Of a stretch of DNA of 64,000 nt, positions 39,577 to 53,481 are shown piece by piece. The translations under genes and the position numbers were made by a program. Each line of letters starts with the position of its first letter. Positions within the stretch are counted from its first letter, which is position 1. Under the pieces are notes generated by a model. It was not told the DNA's origin, did no database searches, and was given only the letters and a program-made list of their open reading frames with translations. This stretch comes from Octopus sinensis (lineage: Eukaryota), in assembly GCF_006345805.1 (NCBI RefSeq), contig NC_042998.1, forward strand, positions 102,734,001 through 102,798,000, given 5' to 3'.

Positions 39577-41839
39577 TGTGCGTGTATATATATCTCTATA
39601 TTAAAATATAGATTTATGCATAATGTAGATAAATATATTTTTTTAGCGAAAAAATATTGCGTAAGGTAAATATATTTTTTACCCCATACAAAGAGAGACA
39701 TAGAAAATACATTTACAGCCATTTTATTTGTAGATAGTTATTTATCGGAAGCGTCTTCTGTCGCCATATAAAGCTGTAGATTAATAACTATTTATACATA
39801 TCACGTACCGTGATACAGGAAGAACATCTATTGGAATTTGCGTAGCGTGCATTCAAAGGCAAATTTTATTAAGCAACTATTTAGTATTTATGCACACCTT
39901 AAAATGTAGTAAGATATATGTGTTAAATATAATGCAGAAGTTGCTACAATATAAAAACTACTATAAAAAGAAAACCCATTCTAAGCACATATTTTTCATC
40001 TATTCACAGAGAAATAAATTATTTTGAAACCATGTCATGAAAAAACTTTCCTTCAGAAGGAACAATGTTTTATTTTATGGACAGAAAAATAAATATAGTT
40101 GTATTAGTCAAACTCTGTCCAAAATTCCATGCATTTTAACATAGAATTCATCTAAGATTCTTCGACATACGTTGTTTATGTATAAATACTTATTATTTAG
40201 CAGAAACGACCACGTGTGCATTGTATGCAAATTGAAATGGCCTCTTCCACTGCATCATGTTTTCCAGTGCACAAGAAAGCCATAAAACTCACTCTAATGT
40301 CAGTAAATGCGTGTACATCCCTGCACTTCTAATGCCTTCCTATATATGCAGCGTTGGTTTTAGAAGTTCTTGGTGAATGCATACATACCATACATAATAC
40401 ATAGATACATATATATATATAAGGCGCACACACACACACTCACACATATTTTCGCAAATATTCTGATTTAAAATGTACTGGATATGTATTTAAATACATT
40501 TATCGTATCTTTTCTAAAATGGTCATAAAGATCTGTTCATTCTTATTGTGCTTTTTTTACATGCCTTTTAATTTGCACGTTGGTTTATCTATGTATCTTG
40601 TGACATGTTAGGTTCCTATATACGCAAGTTTACATGTATGTTTGTATGCAGGCTGGTTATACATATACTCTCATAAACATACATATAACTGCAAATACTG
40701 TTATTGTGTCGGCATGTATGTTTGTGCGATCGTGATTTTTTTTCTGATCCCACTTAAAAAAGTATATAGTCAAATAGGCTATCTAACACACATACGCGAA
40801 ATCACAACAAAAAGATATTCATAACATCTTTTCAATGCGCAGACATCATATATCTCCAATCTCACCGAGTGAAATAAATTTTTACAGTTTCTAAAAGTGA
40901 AAGGTGATAAAAATCTATTTCGCTCTATATTTATGTACAAATACATGTGTATATTTAGCTTTTGTATCTGTTTTGCAGATGTGTGTATGTGCGCACGCGC
41001 GCGTGTATGCATATGTATATATATACACTCACATGAAATGGATTAGGAATCCGGGGAAAATGTTTTCTTCCTATTTCCATATCTTAATTACTTTTGTTTT
41101 TATTTACTTTGGCTCTTGATAAGCTGACTCCGAAGAAAATATGCATTTTCAACGGTCGATCGCTATTTTTAATCGATCTATCGACTTATTGAGTAAACGG
41201 AACCAAGAACGCATCCAAAATACATGCCAAAAATAGCTGTAAGTCTACAATGCCAAATAAATAAATGTTCAAAGCCTGTCATTGATGTTTTTCTGATATA
41301 TGCATGCACACACGCACACACACACACACACACACGCACGCACACATGCACACACGCATGCACACATACAATAATGTACCCATGTTGTTCATAGGTAGAA
41401 TTGATAAAACAAAGTACAGCGTGAAATAATTATCATTTAATATACACAATTACAAAAGTGCTGCTAATAATTTCATGCTTTAAGATAAATTGATTTGGCA
41501 GATTTATACAACGACATGCGTCTCGAAGCAATCTTTCAGATTTAGTTCATAATGTTATGTATCGAAAGTATGAAACTATTAGTAACTCTTTCGTAATTGC
41601 GCATATTACATATCTTGCTCGTGAGCGCAGAGGTGAAGCTATAGGATAGCAATTGACTGACTCGGCTAAAACAGAAATATTATTAATCTTTACATTCTCT
41701 ATATTAGCATCGAGCATTTTCTTTCTTTCGACATTCTACACTAAAGTTATATACCTACACATAGTGTCACGCACATGTCTGCCAATATATACAAGGCTGG
41801 ACATATATTTCCCAATAGATATATGAAAAACCGTAATAC

Positions 41840-42000
41840 ATAAAAAAATTCAAAGGGTAAACTTCGCCTAAAACCAAGAAGAACAAACGAATGCGGAAGA
41901 TCCAGTTGTGTTATTGACAATAAAGATCAATTTCAAACAACATCTCTTTTCAATACTAAAGAAGTTCACCTGTGCAACTTAAGACACAATATATAAGATT
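41840..42000 (+). mobile_element. Short PLE linker/GIY-YIG fragment
   Basis: NECGRSSC...KKFTCAT*DTIY resembles KCGRLKC...NLTYASENMIY of the 28626-29880 element. Confidence 0.45.
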
Positions 42001-42829
42001 TGGAGAAAATTAAACAGGACAAATTGAAGGATCCGTAATTTTATTCTGAAAAGCCATAAGTTTATGCACGTTTTCCGTAGTCCTAGAACGAGCAGATAGA
42101 GTTGAATCTCTTCAAGGCCAAAACTTCTCTTGAAAATCCTCTACACTGTTTCTCACCAGTTTTACATATAATCCTCAAAAGAAACATGTTGCATTAATAT
42201 TATATAAAAGTAAAAACTTCTGAACATTTTGCTTCTGAACATTTGATTAATTGCCAAAGTTCTGCCGGAAGCAAATGAGAAAATCTTTTTTTCGAATCGC
42301 TCATGGTGCTTTTTGTTTAATTTCTACTTACACAGAACGTGTTTTCTGGTTTTATTGATTAGCCATCTGACAAACACTATTGACTGTTAAATAGAAGAAA
42401 TTATAAAAGTTCAAGAGGAAATATTTTGAAATGTGTCTAAGAATCTTAAACACTCTGTATAAATTTTCTTATCATTATGTTTCTGTCAATTGATTATATT
42501 TTTCATTCTTTAATCATTGATGACGTTACATTTCACATGCTTAACATTTTTCCAATTGTTAATGATACACATATTTTTGTTCCAAATATGCAACATGTTA
42601 TTTTGATATTCCTAAAATATATTTTGTCAAAACTATTATTCATTTTAATAACATCTGTAGAAGTTTGTTTTTTGTTTGTTGGTTTATTTCAATATCAGAA
42701 TATTTGTTACATATATCATTTCTTCCTTTCTCGCTTTTACCTCCCTAAAACTCATTTCTTTATATTTCTTTAGTTTTCTTAAGTTCCTATAATCGATAAA
42801 TGCAAATATTATGTACGCATTGTATACTG

Positions 42830-43020
42830 GTATATGCACGAATGTGTTGCTTCGGATTCCGCTTCGCAACGATATGGTTTCGGGTTTAAACGTACTGCGT
42901 TGCACCTTAGTCATATGTTTTTTATTATAGCCTTGTGTGTACAAACACCTTATGAGTGAATTTGGTAGGCGGAAATCGTGAGATATCCTTCTGCATATAT
43001 GTATTTATGTGTGTGTATGA

Positions 43021-43053
<33 letters not shown>

Positions 43054-43225
43054 TGTGTGTGTGTGGTGTGTTTGTGTGTGTGTGCGTGCGACTTTGGATT
43101 TGTTCCCTACCACTTGAAAACTAGCACTGGTTTCTTTACGATTCTGGCCTGCGAAATATTTTGAATTCTTCGACTAACACAAAAAGGTGATGTCCCAGCA
43201 TGGCCGCAGCTCGAGGCCAAAAGAG
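42830..43225 (+). mobile_element. SINE family B, diverged
   Basis: atggtttcgggtttaaac...tgagtgaatttggtaggcggaaa...(TG)n...ccagcatggccgcag. Confidence 0.7.
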
Positions 43226-43424
43226 GGAAAATAGCGTATACACAGATATTTCATGTAAAATAATTAGCCAGTGTATGTTTTTTTGATGAATCTGTTTTAT
43301 GTCCAAAAATATCTAATGATATTCATCTTGTACATGCACATTTCTCATTACCGTAGATATTATTGATACTTCCACTACTGGTATACTAATATGTATGCAT
43401 ATGTATGTATGTCATTATTCAGCT

Positions 43425-44085
43425 ATATTTCAAGATTTCTTACATTAGAGAAAGAAACGGTTTGTAACCGAGATCCAAAGTTTCTTCATTCGTATTTCAA
43501 CATCAACAAAAGGGTATTTTTTGTATTTATGTATGTATGTATGTATGGATGGATGGATGTGCAGATTTGCATGTTTTATGTATGTATTCTCATGTATATA
43601 GTTACATATCTAGATATGCTCATATATATTTAAATGATAATTTTCTGGAAACTTTTTGAAATTTTTACAGTTCCAGTGATGGATTGCATCTGTAGCCTTC
43701 GAATTAGCTTTCTCCTTTCTGATTTTGAAAAGCCTAACTTCTCAAGTCTGGTATTTAGGCAGTGTGTTACATATCTCAGTGCCCCCACCCAATAATTACA
43801 AGTATAAAACTGCAGATTTCTCAATTCAGCATGCGTGTTCTCTTTTTCACTGATCTTCAGCTTTATATTAACATCTGCTGGGCAGATAATTTCCACAACT
43901 GCATACAGTTTCTCTTCTCTATCCCAAATCATTATATCAGGCCTGTTGTGCTTACATTTTACTGAGGTGTTCAATGCTACATTCCACTAGTATTCCTTTT
44001 TATTATGAGTGGCTATGGCTTCTACCATATAATGGGCTTTTATTTCTTTGATCTCGGGATCATCCTTCCGACATATTTCATTATA
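43425..44085 (-). mobile_element. RLE-type LINE 3' end (R4-related, distinct family)
   Basis: KCKHNRPDIMIWDREEK...VEIICPADVN...EKE...VGAL (ORF 43630-43974). Confidence 0.85.
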
Positions 44086-44089
44086 GAGT

Positions 44090-44354
44090 GTATATATGAA
44101 TGTATGTGCGTATGTATATATGTATGTGTGTATGGATGGATGGATGGATGGATGTAGGTACACATGTATGTATGTTGTATGTATGTATATATATATGTAT
44201 GTACGTATGTATGTATGAATATATGCATGTGTGCATGTGTATATGTGCAAATATATGTGTGAGTATTATGTATATGTATATATATATATAGGTATATATA
44301 TATACATATATATATATGTATGTATTACATGTATATATATATATACACACACAC

Positions 44355-44385
<31 letters not shown>

Positions 44386-44400
44386 AGTGTGAATATATAC
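44090..44400. repeat. Compound (TGGA)/(TATG)/(TA)/(TG) microsatellite
   Basis: Directly visible. Confidence 0.9.
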
Positions 44401-45449
44401 AACCGATATATGAAATAGAGTAGGTATGAAATTAAATAGCTACTTATCTGTCATACATATGGTAAATACATCCTTGAAAGGCACATTTATTGCGTTGTTC
44501 TTGCAAAGGAAACATCGCTTATGCATGAAATGTGTTTATATACGCAATAGTTTTCGAGCGAAGAAGACAATCGTGTCATTAGCGGATAGAATGTACACCA
44601 GAGGCATTCTTACTTCGTTCGGCATTGTGAATGTCATGTTTTCATAGCGAAACACAACCGTGGATGAGATTTGTGGCTTCCTGTATCTAGGAAAGCAGTG
44701 AAAACCATTCAGTTTCTGATGAATATTCGTTCGGCTGAATAAAAGGTGTTATATGCAACAGAATCAATATTCTATTTAAATAGTTATCTATTTATCATAT
44801 AAAATGCATCAGTGAAAAGCTAAATTTACTGCGCTATTCACAGTGTATACAGAGAAGTGAAGAAATTTTCTGAATTTATTTATATATAGGAAACTCTTAA
44901 AATTTTCTGAAGAAAGGCAAGGAAATAGATTGAAATGCAGTGAAATAAAATGTAATGAAATAAAATATGACAGTATATTTAACAATTTGCTTAGTGCTTC
45001 AGTAAATTTGCCTGGAGTAAAGAGAGAATGTCCAGTTTCGGTTATATACAGAAAAATTAGGTTCATACGATGGTTGTTAGTGTATGGCGCGAAATACCAA
45101 CAGAAGAAGTTTTAATGTAATTTGTCTTGAAGAAACTTTAACTTTGAAGGCAAATCATTGTTGAGAAATCAAAGAAACGGTTAATACTATTGGCAACCCC
45201 CTTGTGAGAAAAAGAAATAATATACAAAATTAAAAACGAAATATGTCTGAGAAGCGGCAGCATTTTCTTCACTATTGTTATATTCGATATTTGAAGCTGC
45301 TCACAAGATAAATCACATACTTTCCATATCATATGAGATACTATGTATCCTTTAATTTGATTCACGTCAGAGTGTGGTGAAATAGTTTCACAACTGTTCT
45401 TGGACATCGTTGTAAAATTATTTGACACCAAATTTACAACGTGCATATT

Positions 45450-46200
45450 ATGCTAAATGTCAGTACGATGCCAATATCTAAGTTTTTATTCATGACAGCC
45501 ATCACACACAAACAAAACCTCTCATTCAGTATGCCAAGACGAAAAAGCACAATAGGATTGATCAAGAGCTATTACAAATAACCTAGATGAATTGTCTGGT
45601 GTTTCCATCACAAAAAAGCATACATTATATCTAATAGACGACGTCATCAGAAGAGCAATTTAGCTTGATATGTCTCAACTTAAGATACACAAAGAGAAAG
45701 TAACGGGGAATGTCATTTCCTTTCTCAATGTTCATATTTTGGGAGTATGAAACATCCATGTTCATCAAATCAAACTCTCTAATCTTTTTGCAAAGAACAA
45801 AAACGAAAAGCTTAATCTTCAAAACCCCAAACGTTAGCAGTAAATGTATAGCCTAAGAATCTCAAGAAACTTCAGAAAATCATTCAAATGCTCCAGTAAA
45901 TAGCGTTGAATATAACACGTGTCGTACTTACAGCTGTAATTTATTCGTCATTAAGTTTTAAAAAACTGACAATAAATGCTGACCAAACCGTTAAACAGAA
46001 AACCCAATCGATTGCAACACCTCTCCTAAATGTTAGGAAAATTATAGCGGCCATACAGGAAACTCCTTGTGTAGACAGACTATAATGCATAAAAAGTAAA
46101 TATGGCATCCACAACTAAGAACATTCACTTTCAGTGAAAGTTTTCAAATTTATGTGAGAAACAAATGGAAGATTTTAACTTCTTACAAAAGCTTAAGAAA
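45450..46200 (+). mobile_element. Very old PLE RT/GIY-YIG remnant
   Basis: Degenerate LNLRYTK..GNVISFLNVHI, YETSMFIKS and a YxxET-like segment near 46150. Confidence 0.35.
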
Positions 46201-46939
46201 TGGTTCGTCATAGCGTTCACAAACGCAGACACCTTTTCTATAAAATTTGTCGCCAAAGCAACCGTTTACTCGTATATCCCTATATATCGGTGATGATAAA
46301 TTGAAATTAAGCATATGATTAGTTATGAGTACACGACAAAGATGAGGCCAAAGTGGAAGAGACGCATCTAGCGTTCTCGCAAGCAGTTGCTGGGACTCTT
46401 TAAGTAATTTAAATCTATATGCATATTATGCTTTAAACTGCCTTTTCCTATTTTGCACGATTCATTATATATATAACTATGTTCAAGTTGGATATTTTGA
46501 TTGAGGATTTTTCCAAAATTTTATCAACTGTTTTTATCAAGAGTTCGTAAATCCAGATCGAAGATTGTGAGACATGCACAATCATGTTTTCAATGATTGA
46601 ATATATTTAGTGTTTTGTTGTCTGTTATATACTACTTGAATTCTTGAAATAGTCTCCCCTCTAAAAAGCAAAAGTTTAACGCTAGCATCTTCAGTGACGT
46701 ATTGAGTTAGTTGTCGCGATCAAATTTTGATAAGTTGTGTATCTTAAATATTTGTTGTTAGAAGCCAGTATTAATAATTTGTTACGCCTGTTGAGGTAAA
46801 ACTTTTAGCATCTTCTAGTTAATATTCTACATTTGTATAGCGTTTTATAAAGTATTTTCCGTTTTATTTTCCAATCCAATTTCAAGGCAGAAACAAGGAA
46901 AATGCCACTTATATTTGAACACTATACAAATATTCCTTT

Positions 46940-47114
46940 AAAAAAACATTTCTTTTAATTTTTCTAAATTTAATTATTTAATCGTTACAGTTGAAAAGGT
47001 CTCAAAATGACTGAATCCTGTACTGAAATGCTCTTTATAAAATTATTTTAGCATTTTCTATGTTGACTTATTTTTTCATATATATCAACTCGTGTGTTCC
47101 TTTTCATCCTTATA

Positions 47115-47118
<4 letters not shown>
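46940..47118 (+). mobile_element. Solo PLE pseudo-LTR (same family as 28626-29880) ending in (TA)n
   Basis: Matches the reverse complement of about 28630-28790 (ctgaaatg...aaattattttagcattttcta...tatatcaactcgtgtgtt). Hammerhead-like motif at 46988-47025. Confidence 0.8.
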
Positions 47119-47192
<74 letters not shown>

Positions 47193-47197
47193 TATAT
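47119..47197. repeat. (TA)n microsatellite
   Basis: Directly visible. Confidence 0.95.
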
Positions 47198-48084
47198 TAA
47201 TAATGAAGGGTTTTATATATGGTAGCATGTTCTAAAACGCCCCAAATAACATAATCCAGAGGGTTTAGATCAGGGCTAGAAGGCGGCCATAAACATGATT
47301 CCCAAAAATCGCTAAAGTTGGATTTGCAGAAATCTTGTATTTTTCTGGCTGTGTGGGCTGGAGCACCATGCTGTGTCCATACATAATTACCATCTGGGTA
47401 GTTTGCTTTAAGCCATGGCAATACTTGGTATCTCAGAGTCTTGTAGTAAGTATTAACATTGATCTTTTCATCAGCTTTGTAGAGTTTTATTGGCATTTTC
47501 TTTCCATCGGAAGCCACAACACCAAAAGCCATAACTTGTGCATGATGTTTTGTTTTGAATGTCCCCTTAACCTCAGCTGTTGATTTTGCAATAAATCTGT
47601 CATTTCTGCGGTTCAGAACAGCATCGACAGTGAAGATCTTTTCATCTGAAAAGATTGTTACAATGGAGGACTTTTTCTTGAACCATGTAATAATTTTCTT
47701 GCACCTCTCCATTCTCTTTTCCTTCATAGCTGTTGTCAACAAATGTTTTGGTTTTCTTGTGTAAGATTTTAACCTCAAATCATATTTTACTGCATTTCTA
47801 ATGGTCTTCTTGTCTACCTCAAGTTCAATTGCAATTGTTCTCATGGATTTGGTTGGATCCTTTAGGATTTTGGATTTGAGAGCTTTAATAAAGGCTTTGG
47901 TACGTTTTTTTGTTGATTCCTTCACTCCAGACTTCCTCGTAAAAGTTTTGCTCATAGTCATTCTATTCTTTACATTATAAACAGTCGTTATGGACACTCC
48001 AACTATCCTTGAAATCTCCTTTGGTGTGACGAGTGCATTTAGCAAATCACACACTCTTTGACGTTTGCTTTCCTGATTACTCAT
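47197..48084 (-). pseudogene. DD37D transposase, catalytically mutated and C-terminally truncated
   Basis: Uninterrupted ORF, but the second catalytic Asp is His and the C-terminus runs into TA-rich flank. Confidence 0.85.
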
Positions 48085-48230
48085 ATGGGCAAAAATTTCT
48101 GAAAAGGTAAGGATAATAGTGTTAGGTATGAGTATGACATCAGTATATGCTAGGTTTCAAAACAATTGACTTAGTGCCTCCTGAGAAAAAGCAACTTAAC
48201 GTTCATTGTAAATTTTGCTTCCTCACCCTG
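47215..48230 (-). mobile_element. maT/DD37D transposon, 3'-truncated
   Basis: 5' TIR-like cagggtgaggaagcaaaatt after TA at 48230. Open 295-aa ORF with FSDEK, QHGAPAH (D to H), 37 residues, then D (PDLNPLD). Confidence 0.9.
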
Positions 48231-50029
48231 TATATGTAGCATATATAGTAATATCATGTGTGTGTAATTACGTTACGGCGTGTATTTCAAAAGTTCCTCA
48301 AAGGTTATCTGCTACTATGTTGAAGTTTGTGACTTAAAGTGGAATCACAGAGCTAGACATCTGTATATTTAATAGTAAAAAGCACTCTGGGAAATCATAT
48401 AGTAAGAGGTGGAGGTGAAAGTAAATGCTGGATTGAAAGAATCGGTGTGGCGTATCGAATTGTTTAATAGAGCTTGGTCATGGAAGGAGAGGATTCAGGC
48501 AGGCATAATTTGGTCCCTAATCTACTCAGCAAACACGTTGGCATGGTTAATAGTCATTTAACCCCTTTAGCAAAACCAGTGAACTACTGATAATATTTTC
48601 TATACAAAGAGAAACATCGAAAAATAGTGTGGAATTTTATTAGATACGTGAGGGCGAGGAAACCAACATCAGTGTTCTTATAAAGCAAAACGCCAATCGC
48701 TACTTGATGCGCATGCTTAACACGTGAAATGTGAAACAACAATATATTGAAATTCACTCTATAACAGAACCTCAGGGGAATAAATATTGCACCTTGTTGC
48801 GTATATACCTAAAACGTGTTGTAAATCTATGCATAAAACCTATGTATTCAGTTTTTTCTAAGCATAGCATTATTATCCTGAATATATTTTCTTGCCTTTA
48901 CAAGAATAAGTTTAACTTTCTTAAGTAATAACAAAGGAAGGCATATCGTATTTTATTACAGTGAAGTGAAACATATCGAAGCCACTTAAGTCGTGGAAGG
49001 TATATATATATATATATATATACATATGAAGTATTCTGTTATAGGAATGGCTTTACCGAGAGTAATTCAGTTAATTGTCGGAGTAAACTTACTGAAAAAT
49101 ATATTCGATGATCATAAGAAGATGATATTTTGCGCACTTGCATATTCTGAAACAAGTACACTTGTGATTACAGTTTATTGCACAGTTACAGAAAACCTAC
49201 TTTAGAATGAAGATATTTTGTAATATATACTTCGTGAACCAAGCTTCGATGACATACCATCATTCTATAACATACTTCCTAAACTTACGTTTGTTACTGT
49301 ATATGTATAAACAGACTGTCTTCCAATCTAATTAATTTCGTTTGGAAAGAAAATAGATTCAATTATTTGCTGACTAGATGTCTACGCGTTACAGATGTTT
49401 AACTAGCTATCAAATATACAATTCAAAGCCAGAATGATTAAAATACACAGACTTATAGAGAAAGACTTCTCAGCAAATTAATACATACACGTTTTCATTT
49501 CAATGTAGCGAATCCGATCGAAATGCAATTACAAATCGTACTTATGTGCAGAAATAAACTTTTCCAGATAACTTGTATTCTTTTATTAAGATATTTTCGT
49601 ACAAATTTCAAGTATTTCTCGAATGTTATGACTCTAGAGGATAATTATAGATATTTATGTACCACAATTGCATATAGATATGAAAATTCAGAGAGAAAAT
49701 TTCCTGGGAAAATCTTGGACAATGCCGGGTTGCTCCCCTTAGAACGATTTCAGTTATACTATCGGTAAATGGGGGATTCTATATTTACAAAATTCATTGA
49801 ATACGACGTTTCACCCCTACAATTTCAGAGAGGTTATGTGCCTCCGACCATTTGCGAGTAACCAGGAACCTAAGCACTTTGTAGGTTCGAAACAATGATC
49901 ACTCTCTGATCGGTCGCAATAAACAACGTTCTAAATATTACTACACTAAAATTTTACAATGTGCTTCTTTTCGAATGTATGTTGTATTAATCCCCCACCT
50001 ACCCACCAACACACATAGGTATGTATGTA

Positions 50030-50104
50030 TGTATATATAGATAGAAAGATAGATGGATAGACAGGCAGATAGAGAGACAGAGAGACAGGCAGACAGACAG
50101 ACAT

Positions 50105-50159
<55 letters not shown>

Positions 50160-50160
50160 T
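50030..50160. repeat. (GATA)n/(GACA)n microsatellite, left flank of the Tx1-like LINE
   Basis: Directly visible. Confidence 0.95.
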
Positions 50161-50231
50161 GTTTCTTTATTAGCCACACAGGGCTGCACACAGATAGAAC
50201 AAATTACAAGGTAGAGCTTTTCTTTTGAAGG

Positions 50232-50266
<35 letters not shown>

Positions 50267-52380
50267 AAGGGGGAGGTTCGATCAAAAGGGATCGAAAAAG
50301 GAGAGAAAGAGGACAAAAAAAAGGGGGGTAAAAAAAAAAAAAAAAGGGGGGGGGAGAGGAAAAAAAAATGATCAATAGGGATCGTTATCACAGAAATGTC
50401 AATATGAAGTGTAAAGGGGAGGACAGGTGAGGTTTACCCGTGGAAAGAAAAGCCTGCGGAAAAGACCACGGTAACCTCGGTCAATGAAGTCACATTTATT
50501 ATTTCTTTTTTTTTTTTTTTTTTTTGTAAATAAGCAACTCTCTGTTTTCGATTTCTGGGTTCATAGGACTATGCTCAAGGTGGCTTCGTCATTCATACGT
50601 GCCATTCTTGCTACATTCACCCATCTTTTTTTAAAACATTCGCTAGACAAAACTTGCCTCTCTACTCTCACTTTCCTTTTCAAGTGGTACTTGAAGAAGT
50701 TGATGAGAGATGACCAGAGAGGAAAGTGTTTGTCTCCAATCCTTTCAGACGCGTCCACCAGATACATTCCTTCGCCATAGCCACAAGGATGATGAAAATA
50801 GCTCTTCCTTCCTTCCCGTTTGAAGGAAGGAGGCGTGACAATATTGACGATAGACTCAGCTGATAAACCGACTCGTCCCACACGTGACAGCAGTTGTTCG
50901 ACATAAGCCCACAGGTCGGAAATTGTTGGACACTGAACGAGTGCGTGCAGAACGGTTTCGTCGCTCTGACCGCATCTCGGGCAGGTCGGCCCCGTGTTTC
51001 TCGAGCCGTGTCTGTAGAGCTTATCCCGAACGGGTAGCGCTTCTCGGTAGCACTGCCAGGCCAGGGATCTCTGGAAGTTGTCCATGGGTCCTGGCCCGAA
51101 AGTCGTCCCGAACAGGCGGGTCAGGTACTCCTCGTCGACGTCCAGGTTCGCCCCGAGCTCGTCGTCGTACCTCCCCTCCACTAAACCCCTATAGAATGCT
51201 TTGGTTGTGTTGAAGTCACTTAAGGTCGACCCAGGACGGCAGAGTTGCTTGAGAGCAACGCGACACTCGCGGTGCCATTCGCCCTTCCTCGGCCTCTTTT
51301 TGATCCACGACTGCAGTTCGGTCATGGAGACGAGCTGCGGGAAAGCGTGCCTCACAAACGGCGACCACACCTGTTCACCGTCGTCTACATAGAGCCAGAG
51401 ATGTCGCAGTCTCAGCGCGTGTCTGCGCATCATCAACCACGGCATGCCCAGCCCTCCTTTTAACGGGTGTTGACAGCAAATGGATCGCCTGACCATCGGG
51501 ACGCATCCTTTCCACAAGAAGCGAAAGAGGATGCGTTGTAGTTTGGTGATGGTAGGGTCGGGACAAGGTACGACGGTCAGGCGGTAGTAGATGACGGACG
51601 CGATGTACGTGTTCGCCACCTCCGCTCGACCTTTTAGGGACAGTTTCCTCTCGGCCCATTGCCGGGCGAGAGTGACCACCCTACTCGTTATCTCGTTCCA
51701 GTTCTTCTCCACTTGGAGGTCCGGACCAAACCAGACCCCGAGCAACTCAACCGGGCCGTCGGTCCAGCGTCCCACGACGGAGGCGCTGGTGGACGGCATG
51801 GGCTTGCTTCTCCAGGTGCCTAGTCGCAAGCCCACTGACTTTTCCCGTTGATTTTCGCTCCTGTCACCGCTTCGTAGTTTTTCAGTGTCTCGCCGACCAG
51901 CTCGATGTGCTCGTGGCTAGACACTATGACGGTGACGTCGTCCGCGTATGCAGACACGCTCGTCCCGCATCCCAATTCTCGCGGGATGCCCCTTAGAGTC
52001 GCCAGCTTCCGCAGTAGTGGCTCAAGAGTCAATACGTATAGAAGCGCCGAGAGGGGGCATCCCTGACGGACCGAACGTGCAATGTCGAAAGGTCTCGATA
52101 GATGTCCATTTACGCGAATTACCGAACGGATGCCTCTGTACAAGGCAGCTATCCAGCCGCGGAAGACGGGACCGAAACCAGCCGCTCTCAGGACTGCCTC
52201 CAAGTATCGATGGTCTACCCTATCAAAGGCTTTTGATTGATCCAAGTTGATCAGGGCCCCATCCATGCCAGGTTCGTTAACTACCCTGTCTATGATGTAG
52301 CGCATCAGATGGAGGTTGTCATGGATGGTCCGGCCTGGCACGGCGCATGTTTGCGCCTTGTCGACCAGTTTCTCGATGAC

Positions 52381-52382
<2 letters not shown>
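50161..52382 (-). mobile_element. L1/Tx1-clade LINE, 5'-truncated, young
   Basis: GC-rich. RT motifs LDQSKAFDRVDH, SVRQGCPLSALLY, YADD; LSLKGRAEVAN; GGLGMP; zf-RVT-type CPRCGQSDETVLHALVQC. Few frameshifts. AATAAA at 50166-50171 (minus). Confidence 0.93.
50561..52382 (-). pseudogene. Tx1-like ORF2 (RT and C-terminal zinc finger), truncated
   Basis: ORFs 51820-52341 and 50561-51835 joined by a frameshift near 51840; a further frame switch at about 50715-50815. Confidence 0.88.

Positions 52383-52442
<60 letters not shown>
52383..52442. repeat. (GATA)n microsatellite, right flank of the Tx1-like LINE
   Basis: Directly visible. Confidence 0.97.
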
Positions 52443-53374
52443 TCAGAGTGTTGTAGGTGTGTCAAAGCATTTTGAAATTTACATAGAACCTGTGTATTAT
52501 AGAAGAGGATAGCAACGCAGTTCACAAATTAGATATTTACGATAACAATTACAAGGAAATTTAAATGCTTGATTTAAATATCAATACTATGTTGGTTCTA
52601 CTTTGAGTTAAAACCGCTTTACCAAATCATAGAAGTTGAAATATAAAGCTAAATTACGTGTCTATTATATGGATGTGTTAGATGACTTATTGAGTTGCAG
52701 AATTTCGAGCTGTATTTGCCCTTGAGGGCATTACAGTTAGTTTGGGATGACGTATTCAAAGATGGAAATTATTCGATTGTAGTGATACATGTAAGCCACT
52801 CACTGGCAACCATTCAAATGTACACGTTTGTTAATTGCTTACTCGCATTTCCCTGGATCATTCTCAGTAAAAATCTGAATCAATGCTCATAAAAAGATCT
52901 TGCGAAATGCTTCCGAGACCATCAAATACCAGGCTGTATATAGCTGTATAGAGTGCTTTCAACACGTTCTATGAGATTGATAAGTTTGGGAATTACTACC
53001 TCTTAAGATTCGTTGCCAATATTGAATACAAGTAACTCATTATGCTGACATTTGAATTACAACTTAAATTCTGACCAAATGTTCCTTACTATATACTGAC
53101 AAATTTGCAACAATTCCAGAAGAGTCAATGGCAATTGTAATTTTGTTGTGTGTACCACATTTCACCAAAATTAAGTTGATAAAGCATGTGTTTCCTCTGT
53201 AGCCCCGAGTATGATGACTAACTCTTCCTCACATGTTAGAAATTACCAGTTACTTTACCTACTATAAGCATATATTTTCTGGAGATTAGAGATAAATTTG
53301 GTGGAATTAAATTTCATGGTGATGAATATTACATCTGTTTGTCTGGGGAAAACCAGAAGCACATGAGTTTATTC

Positions 53375-53375
<1 letters not shown>

Positions 53376-53445
<70 letters not shown>

Positions 53446-53481
53446 TATTATTATTATTATTATTATTACTATTATTATTAT
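53376..53481. repeat. (ATT)n microsatellite
   Basis: Directly visible. Confidence 0.97.

Noticed and set aside
40286-40345. Strong minus-strand donor GTGAGT suggesting an exon
   Set aside because: No pyrimidine-rich acceptor and no recognisable peptide.
50884-52250. Plus-strand ORFs in the GC-rich region
   Set aside because: Antisense shadows of the Tx1 ORF2; GC-rich DNA has fewer stops.
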